From Malacoraja senta (Eukaryota): a stretch of DNA of 64,000 nucleotides. Numbering within the stretch: the stretch's first letter is position 1; each line of letters begins with the position of its first letter. The translations under genes and the position numbers were made by a program. The notes below the pieces were generated by a model, which was not told where the DNA came from, made no database searches, and saw only the letters and a list, made by a program, of their open reading frames with translations. Location of the stretch: contig CM075987.1 in the NCBI GenBank assembly GCA_038087875.1, positions 14,632,001 through 14,696,000 on the forward strand, read 5' to 3'. Below, piece after piece: positions 1 to 13,400 of this stretch.

Positions 1-783
1 GGGGGGGGAAAGGGGGCGGCGGGAGACAAGACTGCCCAGGGGTGGGAGACGAGGGGAGGGGGGGGGATGGGGGCGGCGGGAGACCAGGCGGGCCAGGGGT
101 GGGAGACGAGGGGAAGGGTGGGAGGCACCCACGGCTTCAGCCGCCACCCCAAGTACAAGCCGTACCTTGCACACCACCGGCTTCTGTGCCTATGGTACCC
201 GCTTCCACTTCATCCACAACATCAAGGAGGAGTGAGGGCCCCGGAATGGGCCGCGCTGCGGCTTGGGACTGGGCAAGGGAGGGGGAGAAGGTTGCTGCTG
301 CCGCCAGCACCACCAACAGTACCCGCAGCTCCAGCGGAAGCCCGGCCTGCGCCATGGCCGGCAGTAGCCCGTCCCCAGACTCATCGACCAGAACGTCTCC
401 AGCAGCAGCGGCTCCAAGTCGCCCGGTTTCGAGCAGGGCCGGCAGCTGCCCATCTTCAGCAGGATCTCGGTGTCGGACTGAGGGGAGGTGGAGGTGGAGG
501 GCTGCCGGGACCAACCCGGCAGGATAGGCAGACCCAAACTGAAGCCAGCGGCTGCAGCGCTGGCTGCAAGTCCGGGGCCACCCTCGACACCTCCTGACAG
601 GGACGGGACACCGGGGAGGGGACGGGAATGCCCCAACAGCAACTCAACAGCACCCGTAGCGACGGAGAGCCGACCCCGACCCGACTACGGATGAAACGCA
701 AGCCTGCACACCGTTGCCAAGACTGTTTTATAGCTAGTGACCTAAGACCTGGGCATGCGCAGTCGGAATACCGAACTCACTCA
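1..783. mobile_element. GC-rich non-autonomous element, same family as 17004-18252, opposite orientation, runs off left edge
   Basis: 725-783 is the near reverse complement of 17006-17062; internal similarity continues; G-rich ~57-bp duplication at 12-120. Confidence 0.7.
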
Positions 784-1312
784 GTCAATAAAGTCAATGC
801 AGATAAATGGGATTTCCTCCATCTCTCCACTCTCCCCAATTACAACTGAAATAGCTCCAAATACAATGCCAAAGGGGCTCAAACAAAATCATAGGCAGGC
901 TTTCCTGGCCATTCAGTCAGAAGTTAGCACACGAGCTCAGGTAGTGAAGTACTCAGGTAGCACAAGTCAGCTGGGTGTTCCTGAAAAGGGAGCAGCTAAT
1001 TATCAAAGCCATGTCAAGTTCCCCATCCTGCGACCCCAATGATCCAACACTGGCAATTTCAACACGGTGAGACAGCCATCCTTTCAGTTGCTGCATAGTT
1101 AGAATGATTCGAGAATGGACAGACCTGTATCAAGTGCCCCAAGTCAACCTCCCAGAAACATGCAGGAAAATCACTGGTGCTGCCCCAATAGACCAGAAAT
1201 ACTGCTACACTTTATAAATTTCACAAAACTGGACGTTATGTGCACAGGGTCCTGAAGTTACAAAGCATGGAGTGCCAGGGACAGCTGTACATATGGGATT
1301 CACGAGGGTTAC

Positions 1313-1414
1313 CTTCCACCATGGCTGTGCTTGGGCAGAAAGCTGAGCTGACAGGCAAGCTCTGTTTCAAGTGCTGCTCAGCATGGTCGTGCCTTCCCTG
1401 GAGTTGTGGGAAAT
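1313..1414 (-). CDS. FPGS: FPGS exon 11 (divergent linker)
   Basis: [35 protein letters not shown], phase 1-1, 102 nt; tttcttgcag|...|gtaacc; end resembles human LPLAPVFQPTSHMRLG. Confidence 0.85.
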
Positions 1415-4400
1415 CTGCAAGAAACAGGATTTCAAGATGTCAGGAACCCATCACCTGAAACAACCCAACCACTGAAAATAATACCAAAATTGATAGCGCT
1501 CACATTCTTTGCATAAAACATAAAATTTCCCATCATTGCATACTGTAAGTCAGTCAATCAGTGTCCTCCCCCCTCCCCCTCGCTCAGTATTCGCAGCCAA
1601 CTCTCAGAGGGACATAAAAGAATGGTAACATTCTTCCAGCTCTGAGAAGGACTTGTTGCTGGATGTGTAGGAAGGGATGGGAAGGTGCTACAAAGGGAAG
1701 AGTGACCTCTTCAGAGAGTAAGGTTGGCAAAGAAGAATGACCACTGGAAGCATGGTCTTTGTGCAGGGAGGCCACAGAAACCTTGAAGAGATACATCCAG
1801 GCAATCTCCCAGTCACATGCGGTTGAGGAAGGCTGTTCGTGCAGGGATCTCCAAATCACGTGTGGTCTCCTGCATTTTTTAGGAAGGTCTCTTTATAGGA
1901 CGCCTGCATATTGAGGAAGCCTGCAATGCAGAGCGGTGTCTGTGTCTGCTTCTGGGGGCTGAAGGGAAAGTAGGGAGAAGCTCTACCCCTTGAATGTGGA
2001 ATTTAGGTGACCTCCCTCTTGCAGCGATGAGATGTGACAGGGACCATGACTCCGAGCTAGGACACCAGGAGCGACCATGATCTTGACCTCCATCAGCAAA
2101 GTATTCAGTGTGTAGCAGAGACCGAGTTTCTCACAGGACGTCAGTGAGGATAAAGAATGCTCTGAGTATTCGTCTTTTAACCAGGAGAGTTTTGCTTGGC
2201 AGTTAATTCTTAGAATAAAACCAGAAAATGCTGGAAATGCCAAGCAGGATATGCAGCATCTGAGAAAGGGAAGCAGGGTGGGGCCTTCACCAGAATGCCC
2301 TCACATGGGAGGGAGCCTGGTACAGCCAGCATTTTAATGCCCATCTCAAATTACCCATGAGGAGGTGGCACTGAGCCATCTTCTACAGTAACTAGTCCAT
2401 GTGGACATAGTCCCACTGTTGGGTAAGTGACATACATAGAAGCTTTTGTTGTTGACATTGTGCCAGACTTAAAGATATAATGTAATACCACACTTCTTCA
2501 CCAACTGGTCATTTACTGTCTCAACTCATGGCCATACTATTGCTACACAGGTAGTTCCACAGAAAACAAGCCCCATTGACCTGGGTAGCAGTAGGCAAAT
2601 CTCAGCTGGATTCCAACAACAGTGAAATTTATTTTGCATTCCAACCTGACACACTTTGATCAGCAAGTTTAGAGTATTGGTCTCAATAATGGCAATCATA
2701 AAACTACTGAAGTGTGAAATGGGAGACAATTTGTCAACTGTACCCAATCTGCCTTATAGGTGACTCTGGACGATTGATTAAAAGACACAACATGGAAACA
2801 GGTTCTTCGGCTCACCGAGTCCACAATGACCATGTTCTATGTAACCCATATAATCAATATAGAACAATGTAATAATTCTATGTAATCCCACTTTTGAATC
2901 CACTGCCAAGACGCCAGGGACAAATATAGACGGCAGTTAACCTATAAACCTGTACGTCTTTGGGACGTGGGAGGACATCAGAGCACCCAGAGGAAACCCA
3001 TGCAGGGAGAATATGCAAAATCCACACACGCAGCGGCCAAGGTCATGATCGAACCCAGATCTCTGGTGCTAGGAGGCAGCAGTATGGCTCACTTTAAAAT
3101 ATATCCTCAAGTCGAAGATGATCAGGGATGGACCTTGCCAGTGATACCAAGACCCGTAAACAAATATGAAAGTAAAAATTACCCATGGGCGATGTCATCT
3201 CTCCAACATCACCTCACCCCTAGAGCAGTTCCAGCACTGTCTCTCCTTTCAGCCCAGAAATATCCAACCATAGAGTATGGAAGCTGTGAATAAGTTGGAC
3301 CCCCTGGCTGATTTTCACCCTTCAGCCCTCTCCTCTCTCCCACAGGACCAAGTATTGCCCAAACCGTATTCTATCTTAATTCAAACTAAGCTAACTCATT
3401 ATATTATACCCACACTTGTCCTCAATGTTCAGGTTACTATTACTGGAGGACAGAGTATATTAAGCAATTGTAATATGTGTCCAGCAGGCAGGCTGTAGTT
3501 TAAGGAGCGAGACAAACATAAAGTGCTGGAGGAACTCAGTGAGTAAGGCACCATCTGCGGAGGGAATGGATAGGCGGGTTTTGGGACAAAACCCTTCTTC
3601 AGACTGAGACTGCATCTTCAAAGTAGCCATACTTTGAGAAGATTTTGCAGTGGAACAGCAAAATGGAGACTTGAGGAACTGCAGATGCTGGAACCTTCAG
3701 CAATCTTCAGTTTAATCAGTCTGAAGATCACTCAGAACTTTCCCGGCTAGATTTTGCTGAGATAACAGAGGAACTGAACCCTGGGTTAATCATTGACTTT
3801 AGCCAAATATGGGGTGAAGGGGCCATGTTAAGCTTTGACTGGGCTGTGTCAATGTCCTGTCCCCACCTTCAGTTACAGTTTAAATAAAGACATGCATTCC
3901 ACAAGAATAAGCAGAAGTAAACATAAAAACGTTAATCATAAACCCCTATAAGTGAAAGACTGTTTCGCAGTTGCATTGCAAAACTATCTGCCCACATCTG
4001 GGTTTACGCCAAAATCAAAGATTAAAGTCTCCACTCTCTGCTGGTTACGGGAGATGTGTGCAAAATGAGTCTGAGAATTTTTATCCGGGAACAAAAATTG
4101 ACATAATTTTGATTTGATTTATCAAACTAATTCGGGAGACCAGAAAACTGCAGCTGTAACTGTCTGAAGAGTGTCGCTGACTAGATACTGCACCCAAAGG
4201 ATGCAAGACCTCTTCTAACATTAGAGATTTTTTGGACACTGCAGCCAAGTTGTGCGGCACCTGTTAGCAGTCATAAAGTCAGTCATACAGCTCAGAAACA
4301 GCCTCTTCAGACCAACTCATCCATGTCGACCAAGTTGCCCCATTTAAGCCAGTCCTGTTTGCCTGCATTTGGCACATATACCCCTAAGCCATTCCATCCA

Positions 4401-7400
4401 TTTATCTGTCAAAGTGCATTTTAAATGTTGTAATTGTATAGAAAAAGTTGTCCCTTAGGTTCCTAATAAATCCTGCCCCAATCAATCACCGATGTTCTCT
4501 GGTTGTCGATTCCCCAGCCCTGGGAAAAGAACTCTGCGCATTCATCCTATCCCCCACATCCAGACACTGTTTTTGATGTACGACCCTGTACGGCTGCTGG
4601 ATACTGCAGCTAAATGTGCTAGACCTCAACTAAATGTTCTGGATATTGCATCCACATCAAGCTGTTCTAGACTTTCAGAATGCTACATCCAAATCATTTT
4701 ATAATCCTGTTCAAGGTCTTCTTGACATTGGGCTAAAAGCTTATTTGTGAAAAGTTCCATCCTCAAGCTTTGCTAACCTTTACCGCAAGTTCAGAATTGT
4801 TATAATTGTATACCTAATAATCAAGGTTGAGTTATGGGAGAAGTTGGAATTTTTTTCTTCAGTCGGCCAAAGGGAAATTTTATTGAGGTGTACAAGTTCA
4901 TGAGGATCATAATATAGTAAACACTCAGTCTTTTTCCAGGGTAGAGGATTCTAATTCTAGAGGGCATAGGCTTAAGGTGAGAGGGTAGAGAGTTAGGAGG
5001 GACCCGAGGGGCAAAATTTTCCCCCAGAGGGTAGTCCATATCTAGGATGACCTGCCAGAGGAAATTATAGAAGTGGACAGAACTACGACTTTTAAAAGAC
5101 ATTTGGATATATGGATAGGAAGGTTTGATAGATCTCTGGGCCAAATAGGACTAGCCCTGTATACCAACTTGGTAGGCATGGATAAAGTGGACCGAAGGGC
5201 TTGTTTCTATGTTGTACAGTTTTATGACCCAAGCCTGTCAAGAGTGCTAGATAAGGTGCAGTTTAACCAGTGGCAGTTACCAATCTTAGAGGCACCAACA
5301 TGGCGAAGAACCAGCACGGGAAAAATCAATGCAAGTGAGAGCCATAATGCTTTCTGTACAAAGGAGAACTTAGGTGGGTCCCTGACTGTTTAATGCAAGT
5401 GCTGGGATGTGGTCAAGGCGAGGGTTAGAAAGAAACCATATTACGTGAAGCAATTATCCAGGACAATCAAATCCAACATTTCTCAACCCAAATCATAAGG
5501 TTTCCACATTCGATATATAATGAATAAACCACAGAACAAAGGCTATTGCAGACCTCTTCTTTTCCCGTTGACTGGTTGGCACGCAACAAAAGCTTTTCAA
5601 TGTACCTTGGTAATAAATAAACTAACAAACTAACCTGGGTGGTGATGATACTGGAGCCACGCCCGACATAGCTGCAACGCCAGCGATGCATTTAACTTCT
5701 GGTGGTTTCCGGCCAAACCCAAGGTCAGCTTCTCTCTCTCACACTGGAAGTCTTCCAGATCTGAGCACAGCTGCAGAGAACACTGGGGACAGAAGAATTC
5801 AGGAGGAGATCAATGTTCATAGTGATTGCATCCCAATCAGTCTCAGCTCTTGTGACCAAACATCACCACTGATTGTCAGGTTTAAGATGGCAATCAGGTG
5901 AAGTGGAAGGTGGAATTCACTATTGTAATGTAGAAGCTACAGAAGCATATGAAAAATTAGCCGGATTGCTTTTTTGTAACATTGAATATGGGGTAAATAT
6001 CGTTGAAATATTAGATTTCCACCTGAGATGAAACAAGGGCCTGACTTTTAAAAAAATCATCTGAGAGACAGCACCTTTCTCAGCGCCACACCAGAGCACA
6101 AGTCTAGATCTTTGTGCTCAAAGCTTTGGCACGGAATCCAAATTCCGTTCCAACTCAGTGAGCCCACGAACCATTGAGGCGAAAGCTGTGTCCAGTAAAC
6201 ATGGCATGAAGCACAAACTAGAGTCCAGCCTGAGGCACAGCCAGGAATGAGGAACACCGGTCAGGTGTATATTAACAGAATGGCTTCAGCAACCTGATCA
6301 GGGGAAACAAAGTTGGAGGTTTATCCATTCCTCCTGAAATCTGTAAATGCCACCATTAAACAAATAGAATACTATGCCACGCCAATGCAGCAGACTAGAT
6401 GAGGTTGAACCCATGGTAATGTGACCTTTATGCCTGGACCCACCATAGAGCAATAATAGGTACCTTCAACAATCTCAAGTAAGAACTTAGGAACAGGATA
6501 AAATATATATATTTTTAATTCTAAGAGACATGCATCTTTGTTGTGTAATGCATGCAGAGGTCTCCGCACAAGGTGATGCCATCTTTAGTTGTGGAAGCAC
6601 CATAGTAGGGTGTTCCCCGATGACTATAATGTTCAATTCCATTCACTACGTCACAGCTAATGTAGCAGCCTATGCTTCCAGGCAATAAGATTCGTGCCAC
6701 GAAATTACCAGGCAATGGACACTTCCAACAATGGGGAGTCCAGCCATCCATCCTTGACCTTCAGTCCCTCACCATAAATATCTTGAGGGTCACTAATAAT
6801 TTTGATTATTAGTGACCCTCATAGAGCAATAATAGGAGCTCTTCGACAACTGGAACAGCCACAAAAACACTGTGGCTATGAGGTTAAGTTAGAGGCTGGG
6901 TATCTTGTTCTGAGTGACTGGCCTTCTGACATTCATAGACCTTTCAGCCATACGCAAGACACAAGCGAGAGCACAATGTAGTATGTTCCACTTGCCTGTA
7001 TGCATGCTGAGCTAACCACTCACAGCTTGCCACCATTCCAATGCCCAGAACATCCATTGCTTCCACAGTGTATATCATTCCAAGTACACTGCAATTACTC
7101 ACTCAGGCCTGACAGCACCTCCCAAACCCACAAACCTTACTACCAAGATGAACAAGAACAATGGGAACACCTACACCTAGTTTCCCTCCAACGAGCACAC
7201 TATTTTCAATTGAAAATATACTGTCCGTTCTTCATCAACTCTGGATCTAAATATGTAAATCCCCACCCAATAGTACTCGAGTCATACAGTACCAAAACAG
7301 GCCCTTTGGCCTAACTTGTCCAATCTGACCAAGATGCCCATCTAGTCCCATATCTCTCGACACCTTTCCTATCTGGCTAAATGTCTTTTAAATGTGGTAA

Positions 7401-10400
7401 TTGTACCTGCCTCAACTACCTCCTCTGACAGCTTGTTCCATGTACCCACGACCCACCATGTGAAAAAGTCCCCTCAAGTTCTTATTAAAACTATCACCTC
7501 TTACCTTAAACCTATGCATTCATCCTATCTATTTCCTCTCATGATCTAATACACCTCTACAAGATCACCCCTCAGCCTCCTGCACATAAATTCCTAGCTG
7601 GCCTAACCTCACTCTATAGCTCAAGCTCTTGAGTTCTGGCAACATCTTTGTAAATCTTCTCTGCACTCTTTCCAGCTTAATGACACCCTTCCTATAGCAG
7701 GGTAACCAAAACTCAACACAATACTCCAAAAGCAGCCTCACCAACGTATTATACAACTGTAACGTAACATCCCAACCTCTAGACGCAATACCCTGACTGA
7801 TGATGGGCAATGTATCGATTGCCTTCTTGACCACCCTATCTACCTATGAAGCAGTGCTCCTAGATCCCTCTGCTCTACAACACTCCCCAGGACCCTAGCA
7901 CTGTGGGAACACCATCTTCCCAAAAGGCAAATGGAACTGGACAGTAAATGCAGCCCTTTCAGGGGTAAACAAATGATCAGTAAGACAGGAATACTCCGTT
8001 CTCAACCACTCCAATTTAACTTACTCCAATCTCTTTTGCTCTTTCAACGAGGACAGCCATTGGTCCACTGGGCTGTGGCACTGAGAATGCTGGGACTCCC
8101 GGCTGGAAAACAGAATGAAAACTAGACAGTTCACCACAGAAGTGGAGATTGGTGTTACTAAGCAATAGCAGAGGTGCAAAGTGCCACACAAAGAGGGAAA
8201 AGAGCAGCACTGTGGAGCAGCTGTAGATTATAGCACCAGCAACCCGGGTTCGATCCTGATTACGGGTGTTGTTTGTACGGAGTCTGTACGTTCTCCCTCT
8301 GCCCACCAGGATTTTCTCTGCATGGTCCGGTTTCTTCCCACACTTCAAAGACCTACAGGTTAATTGGCTTCTGTAAAATTGTAAATTGCTTCTAGTGTTG
8401 TAGGATAGTGAAATGTACGGGGTGATCGCTGGTCAGCGATGATTCAGTGGGCCAAAGGGCCTGTTTCCACGCTGTAACTCTAAAGTGAAAAACTGCATTT
8501 ACATGTCAAATTGATCCATGCCAAAATATTTTTGAAGTCTAAAGGGCAAACATCCAATAAATTTAAACAGATTTTTTTTTAAAACATTTTGAATAGTGTT
8601 CAGTAGGAGAGATTCCCAGCTTTCAAAAAGAGAGCTCTTGAGTGCCCAAACCTGTCAGGCCACAGTGTGAGCAGGGCAGGGCTGGAGAAATGCGCTTACA
8701 TTCAAGGTATTTACAGTCCACTTGTTAAATCAGGCCTGGTAGCAGCTTCCTTTTACCTTGAATATTCCTCCTTTCTGCCATGCTATTTTCTCCATGGTGT
8801 CGCCCAGGATACTGACGTGATCTATTCCCAGTGATGACACTCCACACACTACGGGACGCCTGTACAATTCAAACAAACAGACAAGGAGAATATTTCAGGG
8901 TGAATGAAGAAGACTAAATGAATGAAGAAGGCACAGCCATACTTAGATCTGCAATATTTGGTGAAAATGAGGACTACCGGGGCGGCACAGTGGCGAAGCG
9001 GTAGAGTTGCTGCCTTACAGCGCCAGAGACCCAAGTTCGATCCTGACTATTGGTGCTATCTGTAAGGAGTTTGTATGTCTCTCTGTGACCACGTGGGTTT
9101 TCTTCTGGTGCTCCGGTTTCTTCCTACATTCCAAAGACGTGTAGGTTTGTAGGTTAACTGGCTTCTATAAGTTGCCCCTAGTGTTTAGGATAGAACGAGT
9201 GTATGGGCGATGGTTGGTTGGCATGGATTCAGTGGGCCGAACAGCCTGTTTCCACGCTGTGCCTCTAAATTAAACACAGATGAAATTGGACATCACAGAC
9301 ACATCCCGAGCAAACTGAAATCTATTACCTGATTATATTGGTACAATCATAAGCTCCACCAATTCCGACCTCTAATATTGCGACGTCAATCTGAAGAAAC
9401 ATGAGAAATAATACTTAAAAATTGTGTTCTTTTAATTAAACATAAATATTAGTCACATAATGGGCAGATCTCAAGACTACTCACTCAACTCAATACCGTA
9501 CCTTTTCATGCAGGAAAATGTGGAAGGCAAGAATGGTGAGGAAACGGAAGTACGCAGGCATGGTCCCGGAGTCACGGTCCTGTGGAGGACATCCGGACAA
9601 GAGGGTGGGGTGGGGTGAAAAAAATAAGACCATTTAGTATTGGTTCATATCCTGCTTCTGGAGAATTCCAATGTGCTTTATTCCAGGGCCTCCCAACAAC
9701 CTTCATCGCTGCAAGACCACAAAATTCTTGTTTGTGCAAATTACATTCTGCAAGTCAAATCAGGAAATCATGCGATTAAAGACTTATTCCACAAAGGAAA
9801 ATGTCACCCGATCTTCAGGAGTGCATCTTCGATGTAATGTATCGCCAACAAGATGATCAATGTGACAGAATTACCCAAACTATAACACCTCTTCAATGTA
9901 AAAGAACTACTGATGCATGGGAAAACTCACTGACTATTCAAATCATCCCAATACCAAACGAATAAATTGCTAATGCTTTCATCATCACTGGATCAAGATC
10001 CACTCACGTTCTACCTTATCAAACTGGAAGTACCTTCAAAACACAGTTAGAAGCCAAACAAGTGAAAATAGAAAAAGGAATCCAAGGTTTCTCATTGGGG
10101 GAGTATATGCTACGGCCAGTCATCTCAGTATCCACCGTACATATCCAGAAGCATTCTTGCATATCACAAATATTGTGACAAAAGTTAATGCTTGCAGAAA
10201 GACTGCAAAAAACAAACAGAAAAAACCCAGACGAAAGATGACCTCTTACCTTTGTTTCTTCCAATCGGTTATACACTTGCCAGAAGTACTTTGTAAAGAG
10301 ATCTTTGGTGATTGGTTTGCCGTTGATCCGAATTCTCTCCCTCACTTGCACTAGGTGTGGGGAACTGTTTATAAGAGATGATTATAACATGTAAATAGTA

Positions 10401-13400
10401 AAGAACGCAGTAAGAATGCTCCTGTGTACAAACCAAAAGCACTGAACCAGACCTGCAATTTCATTGCACCTTTTCCCTATGTTTCAGAGCAAATTTGTCA
10501 TTGCTCCTGTTGAGGAAATGGAACATCCAGTCATTGCATGTCAAGCTCCAACAAAAAGCAGCACCTAATGACCTAAACCTGCTACTGTGTTACGGGTTAT
10601 GGGATAGTTATTGGTCAGGCTTCTGGAAAACGCCTTTGCTCTTCTTGAAAATGCCGTGGATCCACCCGAGTAAAAGTCTAATGTGAAAGATAGCACCTCC
10701 CTCACAACAGTATCCCCTCTGTATGGCAATGGAGCACCAATCTAGATTTCAGTTTGACATCTCACACAAGAACCAGAGTAGAAAAACCATGGACCAGGGA
10801 AAGAGAATGGTACGGCTGGGGCGTGGAGGTATAACATAAACACAAAATCCAGATAGCAAGAGCAAAGCAGTCATAAGTACATCAGGGGAAGATTTTATGA
10901 ATGGAGGTATGAAACAAACATAAAAGGAGGAAAAGGGATTTAAAAAAAGGAAGCATATGTATGTTTTATTATTAATCACTGCCTTGTGATTCTTTCAAAA
11001 TATATACCAATGTGTAATAGAAAATTGGCAGAAAGCATGACAGTGACATTCCATCATCAATAAAGTAGAAATAATCAATTTTTCAAACTAATTACAGCCA
11101 CGAGCAACACAATTATTCTAGTCTAGAAACAAGCATTGCTCTAACCCTGCCTGCCAACCAGCACCAGACATGTGATGATGAACGAACCAATGCATCATTC
11201 GTGAAACAAACAGCTTCTGTAGCCATGTCAACTCGTGTTTCTCATTAATGGTGAGATAATGATCTGTTCAGCCGCAGCATTGTAGAGTGGGGACACTCCA
11301 CGTTCTGTCATCCTGGATTCATTACAAACAGGATTCAGTCTTCAAGCCAGCTGTAATGGTGTTTCTGTACCGCCATCATGAATCACCTTAATCCCTTCTA
11401 ACGTCTGCTCCTCACCATATCCAGTATGAGTGCATCGGTTTCCTACACCAATTGAGATTGCCAAGGCCAAAATAATTGGCCTTGTACAAATAATTTAAAT
11501 TTTAATATTAAAAGTTGTTTTAAAATGTTGTGTTGTGAACATATTGTTGTTAACTGCCCTCAAAAATGGACAGCTATATGTTAGAATGGTTTAGAGGGAT
11601 AGGGGCCAATCACAGGCAAATGGGACTAATGTTCACTATGCCAACAAAGTGGGCAGAAGGGTCTGTTTCTGTGCTGCCCTATGACTTTGTTAAATTGCAT
11701 CATAGGATACGTTTATTAACTGGCAGTGACAAAGGTACACATTTTGCCTAATGTTACCATGACCAACTTGCTTACGTGCAGGAATGTGGAATACCAAATG
11801 TGATGAAATTACCTAGTACAAATGCCTCAGAAAAGACTACAACAAGCCCCCTCTACATAACCTGGAAACTATTAGGATTTAACATTTCAAGAGGAACAAG
11901 ATCAAAACAAATCTAATCTTACCTGTAAAATCCAGTCTTCAATCCATAATTACGTAATATATTTTCACAATATGCACACGTGGAACCCTGTCATAAGCCA
12001 AAGAAAATCAAGTCACCAAAGGATTGACAACTACACACACAAAACAACAGGTGTGGATCATTAACTTCCATAAGTGATCTGCACAACATAATCTGGGCAT
12101 TGACACAAAGATGCAGGTCCCACCTGTAAATAATAACCCCAGCGATCAAATAACTGTGGGCAAACAACAGCAGAGGTTAAAGCCACTTCCCCTTCATCTT
12201 CTGTCCATGCATTTCCCAAAGGGAGAGTGGATGGTCTTTTAAAAGGGATGTTTTCTCATTTCCTTCTACAGTTCATCTCAACCATATCTCCATTCAGCTC
12301 AGCTGAACTACAGCCCTTCTTCCAATGAGGCACACCCTTTGGGTTGCAAACCTCCAAACTTCCAAGACTTTGCCACTTAGCAGATTAGCTTGAGGATGCA
12401 TTCAGGAGGGCCTTCCCTATCTCTCCCCACCTTATCAATTCCTCGAGCACATTCTTGCACCGATTCCCTTCAGTAAGGGAAAACACAAGATCTAAATGTT
12501 TAAGTGAGAGATAAATCAAGCAGTTTGAGCCCCCGGGTTAGTTCTGGATCAGGATCATCAGGTCAATTAGAACTTCAGTGAGTTCCAGATCATATAAACA
12601 CAAAACATTGACTGAATGATGTAAAGTTGTATTTACAGTGCTCCTGTTAAGAACTGACCTTTCCCTTTGTCCCAGTCACATGAATGATGGCAAGCTGGTC
12701 CAGTTCCTCGATCTGCCAACACAAGACACAGGTTATACACTGTTCCAAAGGTTATACACTGTTCCAAAAGAACAGACAAAATGAGGAAGGTACTGGACGA
12801 TTTGATTTGTGATATAGAGGCTGTGGGATTGACTTGGGTTGAAATTGTATAAAGCAGAATACGGGTGGGAATAGTTGATGGAGCCCCAAAACTGCCTCTC
12901 AATACATCCGTTTCTCATAAATGGGGAAATATCAAGGTTATGTTTGAAAGGAACTGCAATATCATGGGAAATTTTATTCTACATATTGATTGGACAAATC
13001 AAAATGGCAAAGGTACAGTAGAAGCATTTGTGTAATAGAAACATAGAAAATAGGTGCAGGAGTAGGCCATTTGGCCCTTCGAGCCAGCACCACCATTCAA
13101 TATGATCATGGCTGATCATCCAAAATCAGTACCACATTCCTGCTTTCTCCCCATATCCTTTGATTCAATAGCCCTGAGAGCTATATCTAACTCTCTCTTG
13201 AATGTATGACGGTTTGCTTTTTAGAGCAGTACATTGCAGAGCCTACCCTGGAATGGGCTACTTCAGGTTTGACCTTATAAAAAGAGGATGGATTAATAAG
13301 AGATTATGTGGTTAAATATCCCCAATGGGGTAGTGCCCACAATATGATAGAATTCAAATGCAATTTGAAGATGAACACGATAAGTCTATAACCAGTGTCT

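Noticed and set aside
42-701. Several overlapping 120-176 aa ORFs
   Set aside because: Stop-poor GC-rich repeat interior, low-complexity products, inside FPGS intron 11
5281-5353. AG...GT-bounded segment as candidate FPGS exon 11
   Set aside because: In-frame TAA and no homology; 1313-1414 fits instead
8979-9050. tRNA gene
   Set aside because: A/B boxes belong to a SINE head followed by V-domain and LINE tail
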